64,000 nt of DNA, from assembly GCA_030697795.1 (NCBI GenBank), contig JAUYOV010000001.1:24486-88485 (forward strand), given 5' to 3'. The DNA is from a bacterium. Its GTDB lineage: Bacteria > Patescibacteriota > Minisyncoccia > JACQLN01. The position numbers and the translations under genes were made by a program. The notes below the pieces were generated by a model. The model did no database searches and had not been told where the DNA came from. It saw only the letters and a list, made by a program, of their open reading frames with translations. Shown here piece by piece: positions 55,189-63,535 of this stretch (positions within the stretch are counted from its first letter, which is position 1; each line of letters opens with the position of its first letter).

Positions 55189-56850
55189 TTAAACTGGCCG
55201 GCGCTTGTTTCTTAATTCTTCCCGATAAGCGGGAATTTTATTTACGGCGTCGGCCAAGAACTTAGAAAAAATATCCCAACGAACTACCGCCACTGTCAGC
55301 CTTCGCTCGCCCCGATAAATTTTACCTTCCAACGTTTGCCCCAAAGCTATCAGACGGCGAGATTCTGCCTTAAGCCAGGCGTCGTCTGCTGGGTGAGCAA
55401 TCAGACACAGGTAGGGCGAGTAAGGATCTTCGTTTTTTGCTTGGATAATAAGAGCTAAACCGCCAGCCAGACCATACTCTTTATTGTTTTTAACTGACTT
55501 TTTTTCAGAGCTGTTTCTGAATTCAACCCAAGCCCCCACGGGCAGAATATTGAAAGCATTAGCGATAGCCGCCAGCGCGTAAGCCATCATCGGCAATTGC
55601 TTCTGTCTGTGAAATACTAAATTATAATCGGACGGCATTTCCAGCACGGCTATTAACCGATCCAGAGCCAGCAATTCCGGTCGGCCGATAACCACCTCGT
55701 TTATAAAACTTTCGGTGAGCGAGAGTATCAGCGCCGAAGCCATAAATTTGTTGGCTAGGCGTTCCACAAAAGTCTGCGCGTCAACACCACTCTCTGCTGG
55801 TCTAGCTTTAGCGCTAGTATGCGGATCAAGCTCATCCAAAATTCGGCGTTCCTGACCAAGAACATCCCGCTGGTGAAAAGAATGAGTAATTATTTCCTCG
55901 GTTGATTCTGATTGAACGATGCACTCCGATCTATATACAAACCGGCTCGCCCATATATAGGAGTGGTGAAGAATAAGATCTTCCAGCCCTTCTGGCAAAT
56001 CACAGCCATGGGTGCGCAATAGCCTGACCACTTGAGCACTTCTGGCTTCGTGCCCAGCCAAATCTTGCCCGCCCCACATACCACTGTTTTCCAGCAGGCC
56101 CGCCAAAAAGAAAATCTCCAGATCGGTGGTATCAAACGGAATAAGGTCGCTGTAGCCAGAAACTAAATTCCCCCATTCCACATTTTTTCTAAACCAGTAA
56201 GCCACGCGAATTGCGGTGATGGCCAGCTTCAAAGCCTCCCTAGCTTCTTGTTCATTTGGCGCAGGCATGCCTTCCAGTTCACCCAAAATTCTGCCTTCGC
56301 CGTTTAAAAGATCATAAGCCGCTTGAAATACTGCCACGCGAAGATCCTTCACGGCTTCACCCAAAGATGCTACTTCTTTGATCAGCTCCGAATCTGGCGG
56401 ATTTTTTGAAGACAATGCCGCACTATTTATCCCTTTTAAACTTAACAGCACTGCCCGGCAACGCTCGTAGATTTCAATGGCAGAACGGTAGATTGTTTCA
56501 GCGCGGGCTTTGGCGCTTTCTGCTGTTTGAGCGCGGGCGCGTTCCAGTTCTTGCGTCAGTTTCCCCAGCGCCACAGCGTCAAAAGCAACTTTATGTGGCC
56601 ACATCACCACATCCAGATTGGCAATTCCTTTGCCACCGAATAAAATAATTTTATTCGGATCTAACAGTACGCCGGCTTCTATTTTGTTGGGACCGCCCAC
56701 CCGTCCGGGGAAACTTACCGATTTAGCCGTATAAATATCGTAATCGGCATCGCGTAAACCAATTTCAATTTCGTTTAAACTAGCGCGTCCAATTTGGGCA
56801 ATCTTATTATCCTCCAAGGCCATTTCCACAAAACCATTTTTGAATTTCAT
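55189..56850 (-). CDS. large hypothetical protein (553 aa) of atypical high GC, no recognised domain
   Basis: ~50-55% GC against a ~35% background; own terminator-like hairpin at 55108..55135 and palindrome aatattctca...tgagaatatt at 55140..55173. Confidence 0.45.
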   Translation of the reverse strand: MKFKNGFVEMALEDNKIAQIGRASLNEIEIGLRDADYDIYTAKSVSFPGRVGGPNKIEAGVLLDPNKIILFGGKGIANLDVVMWPHKVAFDAVALGKLTQELERARAQTAESAKARAETIYRSAIEIYERCRAVLLSLKGINSAALSSKNPPDSELIKEVASLGEAVKDLRVAVFQAAYDLLNGEGRILGELEGMPAPNEQEAREALKLAITAIRVAYWFRKNVEWGNLVSGYSDLIPFDTTDLEIFFLAGLLENSGMWGGQDLAGHEARSAQVVRLLRTHGCDLPEGLEDLILHHSYIWASRFVYRSECIVQSESTEEIITHSFHQRDVLGQERRILDELDPHTSAKARPAESGVDAQTFVERLANKFMASALILSLTESFINEVVIGRPELLALDRLIAVLEMPSDYNLVFHRQKQLPMMAYALAAIANAFNILPVGAWVEFRNSSEKKSVKNNKEYGLAGGLALIIQAKNEDPYSPYLCLIAHPADDAWLKAESRRLIALGQTLEGKIYRGERRLTVAVVRWDIFSKFLADAVNKIPAYREELRNKRRPV

Positions 56851-57013
56851 ACCAAACCTCCTTTTTTATATAAAAGATCTAGCCGTTATCGGTTAGCTAA
56901 GCTTAGCAACATAGCCCAAGAATTAGCAATCCTGCATCTTCTTTGGTTAAAAAGGCGCGGGATAAAAATACCGAACGCTTGTTTGAGCGTTCGGTTTGTT
57001 AAATGTGATTGTT

Positions 57014-57298
57014 TTATATAAACTTAGTTTTTCTGGTTAGGTGATTCCCCTTTTTATCAAAAAATCTATAATCCCAAAAATATTCGCTTTCAGCGCCTGT
57101 AACTCTTAAAACAACAACAGAAACATATCCTCCGTTAAGGTGGCTGATTTTAATATTGGCTTTTCCAGAAAAAGCTCTTGCGGAAAAATCAATATTGAAT
57201 TCGCCTGTTTCGGTTTTCTTGCCTAAAAAAAATTGACACGGCACAGCCATAGCTAACTCTAAAGCTGTCTTACGGATTTTACTTACAACCGAGTCCAT
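57014..57298 (-). CDS. hypothetical small protein
   Basis: 94-aa ORF followed by an intrinsic terminator (ataccgaacgc...gcgttcggt + T-run on the minus strand) at 56960..56995. Confidence 0.3.
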   Translation of the reverse strand: MDSVVSKIRKTALELAMAVPCQFFLGKKTETGEFNIDFSARAFSGKANIKISHLNGGYVSVVVLRVTGAESEYFWDYRFFDKKGNHLTRKTKFI

Positions 57299-57506
57299 AA
57301 TATACGCCTTTTGATAGAGTTTATTTGTATATAAAGATCTAACTATATATAAACACTATAACCCTATTTACGTCAACCGAGCTGGGGTCAAGCCCGTTGA
57401 ATATCGCCAAGATTACACAAACACCGATCAACAATTTATGCTATCGCCTAAAAGAGTGACCATACTAACAAAGACTACCCTTATTAGTTGTTAGAGTTGT
57501 TAGCTT

Positions 57507-57529
57507 TACTGCTCCGCGGGCAGGATTCG
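57507..57529 (-). repeat. displaced partial copy of the tRNA-Asn 3' end (T-arm/acceptor), direct repeat with 57825..57847
   Basis: tgctccgcgggcaggattcgaac vs tRNA tgctccggtggtaggattcgaac (20/23). Confidence 0.6.
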
Positions 57530-57542
57530 AACTCAATTCCCG

Positions 57543-57815
57543 CTAGGAGCGGGATGAGCCATCCGATAAAAATTCTTTTAACAATCTTATTCGTTCTTTA
57601 TAGCCAAATAGACTCTTGAGAAACTTTTCTCTTCTCATCGCTTCGGATCGTGACTTATATATTTCACTTTTGATGAATAATAATGGTCGCCTGTTTTTCG
57701 TAGATTTAACCTTGCCACCAAAATGCTCTTTGAGTCTAATGTCGATTTTACTTGTTTGCCCAATGTAAAGTTTTTTATCTTTTTGGCTATAAAGAATATA
57801 TACAAAATAGTTCAT
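57543..57815 (-). CDS. GIY-YIG nuclease-domain protein
   Basis: MNYFVYILYSQKDKKLYIGQTSKIDIRLKEH...NRRPLLFIKSEIYKSRSEAMRREKFLK is a GIY-YIG core; start set to the internal Met because the track ORF runs into the tRNA. Confidence 0.6.
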   Translation of the reverse strand: MNYFVYILYSQKDKKLYIGQTSKIDIRLKEHFGGKVKSTKNRRPLLFIKSEIYKSRSEAMRREKFLKSLFGYKERIRLLKEFLSDGSSRS

Positions 57816-57826
57816 AAAATACTTTG

Positions 57827-57898
57827 CTCCGGTGGTAGGATTCGAACCTACAACCATCGCCTTAACAGGGCGCCGCTCTACCGTTGAGCTACACCGGA
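57827..57898 (-). tRNA. tRNA-Asn (anticodon GUU), CCA not encoded
   Basis: Reverse complement folds: acceptor TCCGGTG/CACCGGA, D-arm GCTC-AACGGTA-GAGC, anticodon loop CTGTTAA, T-arm GTAGG-TTCGAAT-CCTAC, discriminator G. Confidence 0.8.
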
Positions 57899-57936
57899 GC
57901 GAAGTATTTTATACAAAGAATTTTTATCGAAATTGG

Positions 57937-57998
57937 CCTGCAACCATCGCCTTAACAGGGCGCCACACTACCTCCGCCAGCTGGCGGAGAGCTACCGC
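57937..57998 (-). pseudogene. partial tRNA-Asn-like copy (D-arm and anticodon-arm sequence, no T-arm) with an inserted perfect hairpin
   Basis: 24-nt exact match caaccatcgccttaacagggcgcc to tRNA-Asn 57851..57874; upstream gtagctc D-arm remnant interrupted by the hairpin tccgccagctggcggag. Confidence 0.5.
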
Positions 57999-58168
57999 GG
58001 AATATATTTTTTAAGAACAATCATAATATAACCTGTAAATATATAACCTGTAAATCCCTAGTTATCAAGCTTAAGTTTGCGCTGTGTTAAACTCGACCGA
58101 TAGAAAAACCAATCCCAAAAACGCAGCTCGAGTGGTGGGCTGTTTTTGTTTTAGAAGCGTGGGGTAGA

Positions 58169-58315
58169 CTACATCGAAATAACTCCCGAAATAACGATCA
58201 GCGCGGCCCAAACATAGTTGAGCCAGCTGGGCCATTTTAGCTTGGTCGTGAGTGCCATCACCACGCCCAGCACAACCGCTCCCCACCCTGTAAATAATCC
58301 TGCGAGTAAATCCAT
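58169..58315 (-). CDS. possible 48-aa two-TM small membrane protein (GC-rich)
   Basis: AAGGAG ~13 nt before the ATG; MDLLAGLFTGWGAVVLGVVMALTTKLKWPSWLNYVWAALIVISGVISM; preferred over the overlapping track ORF 58071..58286, which has no RBS and a low-complexity product. Confidence 0.25.
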   Translation of the reverse strand: MDLLAGLFTGWGAVVLGVVMALTTKLKWPSWLNYVWAALIVISGVISM

Positions 58316-58384
58316 ATAGAAATTATACTCCTTTTAATTTACAATTAAATAGTCGTCTGTTGATAACTCACAAACTTTTTAGCT

Positions 58385-59092
58385 ATGCCCGAATTTATTC
58401 AAGAACTAGTCTCTCCCATGCTTAGTGGCGTGCTTACCATGTTATTTTTGGTGTGGTTTGTTTTTTATCGCGCCACGCGGAAATTGTTTTTAACTTTTTG
58501 GATTGGACTTGTTTTATGGGTTTGGCTGGTTACAGTTTTTTTGCTGGCGCAACAAGACAAATTCTTTTTAAAACTTTCGCTCTCATCATTGCCTAACATT
58601 GGCTTACTGTTTGTGCCGATTATAGTAGGCCTAAATTTTTTGGCAAAATCCAGCACTTTCCGAAAAATAGTTGATAACATTTCTCAACCTTGGCTGATCG
58701 GAGTGCAGATGACCCGAATGATGGGCGTAATGTTTTTGGCGCTTTATGCCAGAGGTTTAATGCCGGCGGAATTTGCCATTCCGGCTGGCGTAGGCGATGT
58801 AATAGTGGGCACCACAGCGCCCCTGGTGGCCGTTATGCTGTTTTTAAATCGGCCCGGTGCCAAAAAAATAGCTATTGTTTGGAACATAGTAGGTTTCGCC
58901 GAATTGGTTCTGGCCATAGGTCTTGGTTTTTTAACTTCGCCTACACCTTACCAAACACTAGCGCTTGATAGACCTAATAACTTTCTTTTTGAGTTTCCGC
59001 TGGCCTTAATACCCACTTTCGCCGTGCCTTTATCGTTACTGCTTCATATCTTTTCTCTCCGTGTCTTACTTAAACGGAAAACCTTGTCTTGA
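58385..59092 (+). CDS. hypothetical polytopic membrane protein
   Basis: 235 aa, ~6 hydrophobic segments. Confidence 0.4.
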   Translation: MPEFIQELVSPMLSGVLTMLFLVWFVFYRATRKLFLTFWIGLVLWVWLVTVFLLAQQDKFFLKLSLSSLPNIGLLFVPIIVGLNFLAKSSTFRKIVDNISQPWLIGVQMTRMMGVMFLALYARGLMPAEFAIPAGVGDVIVGTTAPLVAVMLFLNRPGAKKIAIVWNIVGFAELVLAIGLGFLTSPTPYQTLALDRPNNFLFEFPLALIPTFAVPLSLLLHIFSLRVLLKRKTLS

Positions 59093-59109
59093 TCTAACCT
59101 GCGGCGTTT

Positions 59110-60225
59110 TTGGGCAGTTATATAGATATGAAGGTCTGCTATTTAAACCACGATCTTAAAGACTCCACCGGCGCCGGGCGGTTTTGTTTATCTTTAATTA
59201 AAGAGATAAAAAACATTCTGACGGAAAGCCAAATTACGGTTTTAACTTCCGAAGCCAGCGATCACAATTTAGAAAAACCCATACTCAAGAGCGGTGTGAT
59301 GGGCGCGGTTTTTTCTTTGCCAAAAATAAGGCGTGTTTTCAAAAAGTGCGATGTTATACATGCTCTAGACGGTTGGCCCTATGGAGTTTTGGCTATGCTA
59401 GCGGGCTTTGGCTTAAAAAAGAAAATTATTATAACCGCCATTGGTAGCGGAGCTGTAGCGCCACTATATAGTTTTTGGCGCCGAGTGATTATTAGCTGGG
59501 CTTATCGCCGAGCCACCAAACTTACCGCTATTAGCCATAATACAAAAAAAGAAATATTAAAAATTCTGCCTGATCTGAAAATTACTGTCATCAATCACGG
59601 AGTTGATTTCAATAAATTTTCCTACTTCGCTAAAGCTTCGCAGGACAAGCAAGTTACAAAATACAAACCATATATCCTTAGCGTCGGCACGCTCAAAAAA
59701 AGAAAAGGATACGAATATTCAATCGCGGCTTTTGCCAAGATAGCTCCGGAATTCCTCGATCTTAAATATGTTATTTTTGGTGCGGATAATTCTAAAGAGA
59801 AAAAAGAGTATGCCAGATTAAATCAAATTGCGGAGGAATTGGGAGTAAAGAATCAAGTTATATTTTTGTCCAAAAAGATTTCGGATGCCGAACTAACTGC
59901 TTTATACAAAAACGCCGAACTTTTTATTTTATTGCCCCAAGACGCGGCTAAAGATATAGAAGGTTTTGGTTTAGTTTTTTTGGAAGCCGCCGCTTGTGGT
60001 CTGCCTGTAGTTTCGGCTAAAGACACTAGCGCCGAAGATGCGGTTTTAGATGGTAAAAATGGAATTTTGGTATCGGCCCAAGATACGGCCGCCGCGGCCG
60101 AAGCTATAAAACAAATATTATCCGACAAAAAGCTTAGTGAATCGTTTAAACAAGCCTCGCTAGAATTTGCCCAAAAAATGAGCTGGCACAAAACCGCCAC
60201 CGCTTACGCCGAGCTTTATATTTAA
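59110..60225 (+). CDS. GT4-family (group 1) glycosyltransferase
   Basis: C-terminal GFGLVFLEAAACGLPVVSAKDTSAEDAVLDGKNG matches the GT4 EX7E region. Confidence 0.8.
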   Translation: MGSYIDMKVCYLNHDLKDSTGAGRFCLSLIKEIKNILTESQITVLTSEASDHNLEKPILKSGVMGAVFSLPKIRRVFKKCDVIHALDGWPYGVLAMLAGFGLKKKIIITAIGSGAVAPLYSFWRRVIISWAYRRATKLTAISHNTKKEILKILPDLKITVINHGVDFNKFSYFAKASQDKQVTKYKPYILSVGTLKKRKGYEYSIAAFAKIAPEFLDLKYVIFGADNSKEKKEYARLNQIAEELGVKNQVIFLSKKISDAELTALYKNAELFILLPQDAAKDIEGFGLVFLEAAACGLPVVSAKDTSAEDAVLDGKNGILVSAQDTAAAAEAIKQILSDKKLSESFKQASLEFAQKMSWHKTATAYAELYI

Positions 60226-60285
60226 TTTATATCGTTTTGACAGTCCCCCTTTAACCCTATATACTTACAGTAAAACAGTAATACC

Positions 60286-60750
60286 ATGCCTATAGTTAAA
60301 ACCCAAAAAAAGGATGAGACGCTATCTCTTTCTAAGATCAGCACTAAACATCAGGTGACTATTCCCCAAGAAGTGTTTGAAGAATTACAACTAAAAATTG
60401 GTGACTTGGTAGAAATAGTAGCCGAAAGAGGTAAAGCCACCCTCGTTCCCAAGAGGGTGGTTTCCCGTCCACTGGCATCTAAACTCTCGGCCCGGGAACA
60501 AAAAACTCTCCAGTCTGCCCAAAAAAAGATTGAAGCCATCAATAAAAACATCCTTACCTCAAAAGGGCTGACGCCAGCTGAAGCGGATGTAGCAGTCAAG
60601 ATTGGACTGATTAACCATGATCAAAAATACTGGTGGCTGGAGGAATGGCAAGAAGGTGAGCGCGAGGTAGAGCGCGATATCAAGGCAGGCCGGGTCTCTG
60701 GACCGTTTGAGACCGCAGAGAATCTGCTCGCGCACCTCCACCAGCTATGA
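60286..60750 (+). CDS. AbrB/MazE/SpoVT-type swapped-hairpin DNA-binding antitoxin with long C-terminal extension
   Basis: ISTKHQVTIPQEVFEELQLKIGDLVEI is the AbrB/MazE fold signature; overlaps the downstream toxin by 4 nt. Confidence 0.55.
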   Translation: MPIVKTQKKDETLSLSKISTKHQVTIPQEVFEELQLKIGDLVEIVAERGKATLVPKRVVSRPLASKLSAREQKTLQSAQKKIEAINKNILTSKGLTPAEADVAVKIGLINHDQKYWWLEEWQEGEREVERDIKAGRVSGPFETAENLLAHLHQL

Positions 60751-61004
60751 GAACCGAAACCACCCCGCGCTTTGACCGGGAGTACACCCGGTTGCCCCAG
60801 CACATCCAAGCGCGAGTTGATAAGCAATTTGCGCTCCTTCTTTCTGATCCCCGCCACCCTTCACTGCGAATACGAAAAATGAAAGGCTGGAGAGATATTT
60901 GGGAAGGTCATGTGACCCAAAACTGTTGCTTCACTTTTAACATTGTTGGTGATATCTATATATTTAGACGCATAGGCACACATAATATTTATAGGAAACC
61001 CTAA
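60747..61004 (+). CDS. RelE/ParE-family toxin
   Basis: 85 aa; ...LRIRKMKGWRDIWEGHVTQNCCFTFNIVGDIYIFRRIGTHNIY resembles the ParE/RelE C-terminal core. Confidence 0.55.
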   Translation: MRTETTPRFDREYTRLPQHIQARVDKQFALLLSDPRHPSLRIRKMKGWRDIWEGHVTQNCCFTFNIVGDIYIFRRIGTHNIYRKP

Positions 61005-61043
61005 AGACAACTATCTTTCTTTATAATATAATAGAATAAAAAA

Positions 61044-61424
61044 ATGGCTTTAACAAAAATAGTAATCGGCGTATTAATAGGCGGGGTTTTGGCTTTGGTG
61101 GGCTATGGCATTTACGATTATCGCCAGCCGGGTAAACTAGACGGCTTGGCCCAATGTATAAAAGATAGTGGCGCCATTTTTTACGGCGCTTTCTGGTGTC
61201 CGCACTGTCAAAATCAAAAAAAGATGTTTGGTAAATCAGATAGGCTTTTACCATATGTAGAATGTTCCTTACCGAGCGGACAAGGTCAAAATCAAACTTG
61301 CGCAGATAAAAAAATAGAAGGCTACCCTACTTGGGAGTTTAAAGATAGCACTCGGGCCACTAAAGTATTTTCTTTAGGAGAACTAGCCGAGAAAACTGCT
61401 TGCCCGCTACCCGAACCAAAATAG
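61044..61424 (+). CDS. membrane-anchored thioredoxin-fold protein (DsbA-like, WCPHC active site)
   Basis: N-terminal TM; FWCPHCQNQKK CxxC motif. Confidence 0.6.
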   Translation: MALTKIVIGVLIGGVLALVGYGIYDYRQPGKLDGLAQCIKDSGAIFYGAFWCPHCQNQKKMFGKSDRLLPYVECSLPSGQGQNQTCADKKIEGYPTWEFKDSTRATKVFSLGELAEKTACPLPEPK

Positions 61425-61427
61425 CCA

Positions 61428-61940
61428 ATGATAGATTCTGTTAACTTTATTCTTTCTGTTTTTGCTGTTATTGCTCAAATAGCCATAGTGTTTTTAATTG
61501 TGGCCAAAATAACTAAAAACCAATCTATTTTAAAATTTGTTAACGAAAAAGTTTTAATATTATCTTTGGTAATCGTTTTGGGCGGAATATTTGGCAGTTT
61601 ATTTTATTCGGAAATTGCCGGTTACGCGCCTTGCTCTTTATGTTGGTGGCAAAGAGTTTTTTTGTATCCGCAAGCTATTATTTTGGGTTTGGCTTTAATA
61701 AAAAAGGATTTGGCTGTAACTCGTTATATTAAAACCCTGTCTTTATTTGGATTAGTTATCTCGGCCTATCAATCGCTTTTACAAATGGGTTTGGTGCCAT
61801 CTATAATATGTGGCACTAGTTCTATAAGTTGCGCTCAAAGATATTTTATAAATTTTGGTTATATAACTTTACCTTTAATGGGCTTTACCGCTTTTTTGCT
61901 TTTAACTATCTTAAACTGGAACCCCGCCCTTGAAGACTAA
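61428..61940 (+). CDS. disulfide bond formation protein B (DsbB/BdbC family)
   Basis: 4 TM; CSLCWWQR first Cys pair and a second Cys pair (CGTSSISC) in the second loop, as in BdbC. Confidence 0.65.
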   Translation: MIDSVNFILSVFAVIAQIAIVFLIVAKITKNQSILKFVNEKVLILSLVIVLGGIFGSLFYSEIAGYAPCSLCWWQRVFLYPQAIILGLALIKKDLAVTRYIKTLSLFGLVISAYQSLLQMGLVPSIICGTSSISCAQRYFINFGYITLPLMGFTAFLLLTILNWNPALED

Positions 61941-62183
61941 TATTCTGACTTGCGATTATAAAAAGTTTGTTTAATTTTCAAAATATTTTTCCGTAACACT
62001 TTGAACAATTACCATTTTTAGTCTTCTCTTCAAGGGCGGGGTTGACACGCTTTTGCCTATAAGTTAGACTACTCCAGCTAAGGTGCATAAGGCATCCCAA
62101 GCCCCAAACCCAGGTAAGCGCCTAAACGGCCAAAAACCTAAGGTTTCGGGAGTTCTTTCACTCTTATTAGGAGGTTTATCCTA

Positions 62184-62441
62184 ATGGATCAGCAGACCCA
62201 GACCCGCCAGAGTCTCCTCGTAGTGGAGTTCAACGAGATCAACCAGCCCGGCTGCTACATCACCCCCAAGGGCGACCTGGTGCGCGTGGTTCCGGAAGGC
62301 ATCAAGGCCCAGCACTCCCCGCTCATCACCGTGGAGTCGAAGGACGACACGCGGGTGACCAAGATCTCCGACAATGCCTTCGAGCCCATCGGCAAGGCCA
62401 GGCTCCTGGCCGCCAACGCCGATCTCGCGGTCAACTTCTAG
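62184..62441 (+). CDS. hypothetical 85-aa protein of very high GC (~62%) with own promoter-like region, GGAGG RBS and terminator
   Basis: MDQQTQTRQSLLVVEFNEINQPGCY...; codons dominated by G/C third positions, unlike the rest of the window; TTGACA-like box at 62041; terminator ccccgttccaa..ttggaacgggg + T-run at 62479..62515. Confidence 0.45.
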   Translation: MDQQTQTRQSLLVVEFNEINQPGCYITPKGDLVRVVPEGIKAQHSPLITVESKDDTRVTKISDNAFEPIGKARLLAANADLAVNF

Positions 62442-62549
62442 AACCTGACCTGACGGTCTCGTCTGGAAACAAGCTTCATCCCCGTTCCAACTAAATTGGA
62501 ACGGGGATTTTTATTTTGGGTTAAAAAGTTGCCATCCATAATAGAAAAT

Positions 62550-62572
62550 CTATCGAAGTGGAACTTCGATAG
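62550..62572. repeat. 23-bp hairpin ctatcgaagt-gga-acttcgatag (family also at 28631..28653 and, degenerate, 16311..16331)
   Basis: Perfect 10-bp stem; each copy sits just after a plus-strand stop codon. Confidence 0.6.
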
Positions 62573-62637
62573 AAACAAACCCAGCACCTTTTGTTTAAAA
62601 AGGTGCTGGGTCTTTTAATAATTACTAACTACTACGT

Positions 62638-63045
62638 TTACCAGCCATAGTTCGGCAAAAACTTTTGCAGAATGCTGGAACTGAATGGTGCTGGAGCTAC
62701 CGATCCGCCAGTTGGAGCCGGAGCAAATCCTCCCGAAGATCCTGCTTGCCCGCCAGAGCCTTGCGGCGGCTGGGAGCTTGGCGAGGGGCTACCGCCACCT
62801 TGTTGGAGCACCCCCTCTATGTTCTGTCTGATATTTTCACGGATATTCTGCCTGACATTCTGCTGAACGCCCTGCTGTATATTCTGCTTGATACCCTGCT
62901 GAATTTGCCTCTGCTGTTGGATATTTTGTTTAACATTCTGTTTTGTGTTTTGCCTCGCCGTTTGCACTGCCTTTCTAGCCGCATTTATTTTAATTTGATA
63001 TTCCGAACGAATAGCTCGAATTTTTTCTTCCATTTCCCTTTGCAA
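62638..63045 (-). CDS. Gln/Asn-rich low-complexity protein
   Basis: 135 aa; QNIQQ/QNVRQNIRENIRQNIE repeats, Gly/Ser-rich tail. Confidence 0.35.
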   Translation of the reverse strand: MQREMEEKIRAIRSEYQIKINAARKAVQTARQNTKQNVKQNIQQQRQIQQGIKQNIQQGVQQNVRQNIRENIRQNIEGVLQQGGGSPSPSSQPPQGSGGQAGSSGGFAPAPTGGSVAPAPFSSSILQKFLPNYGW

Positions 63046-63062
63046 ACGAGAAACCTCGTTAC

Positions 63063-63269
63063 CTACATTGCCACCAGCCTGCCCGGAACTACTTGCCCCG
63101 AACCTTGTTGAGGTGTCCCGACCGAAGTGGGGAGGGTAGAGGGAACCGTCCCTATCGTAGTTGTATCTGTTGGAGTTGTGGCTGTGGTGCTATCTTGCGC
63201 CATCGCGTCAAACACGGCTAAAGCCAAAGAAAATATAAAAACCGAAAACATTAAAAAAACTTTTTTCAT
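63063..63269 (-). CDS. small secreted Thr-rich protein (signal peptide)
   Basis: MKKVFLMFSVFIFSLALAVFDAMAQ then a T/P-rich segment; may be the N-terminal part of one gene with 62638..63045. Confidence 0.3.
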   Translation of the reverse strand: MKKVFLMFSVFIFSLALAVFDAMAQDSTTATTPTDTTTIGTVPSTLPTSVGTPQQGSGQVVPGRLVAM

Positions 63270-63475
63270 ATATTTTTTAAATCAATAAATTTTTAATATA
63301 TATCAACATTGTATCATTTATCAGTCAAAGACTTTATCCACAATCTAATCTTGGCACATTGCCCACACTAATAATTGTAATAAAAAGAACGATAGATATG
63401 GAAATTATTTTACGGGGATTATTGAACAGATAATTATCCCGCATCTTTTTAATCAAAAAGGTGCGGGACTTTACC

Positions 63476-63507
63476 TAGCACGAGCTTGCGATCGCAAGCT
63501 CGTGCTA
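63476..63507. repeat. 32-bp perfect palindrome centred on CGATCG, intergenic copy
   Basis: tagcacgagcttgcgatcgcaagctcgtgcta, identical core to 17235..17268; lies just downstream of a minus-strand gene, next to the hairpin cccgcatcttttt..aaaaaggtgcggg. Confidence 0.9.
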
Positions 63508-63535
63508 TTTTTAACTTCAATAGATAAACCACCAG

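Noticed and set aside
57500-57545. Possible tmRNA or second tRNA gene (T-loop-like GGATTCGAAC)
   Set aside because: No D-arm or anticodon arm and no tag-peptide frame. The sequence is a 23-nt near-copy of the tRNA-Asn 3' end, so it was interpreted as an attachment-site repeat
58071-58286. 71-aa minus-strand track ORF
   Set aside because: Its Gly/Arg-rich product is implausible. An alternative frame in the same region encodes a clean two-TM 48-aa peptide with an RBS, which was preferred, though with low confidence
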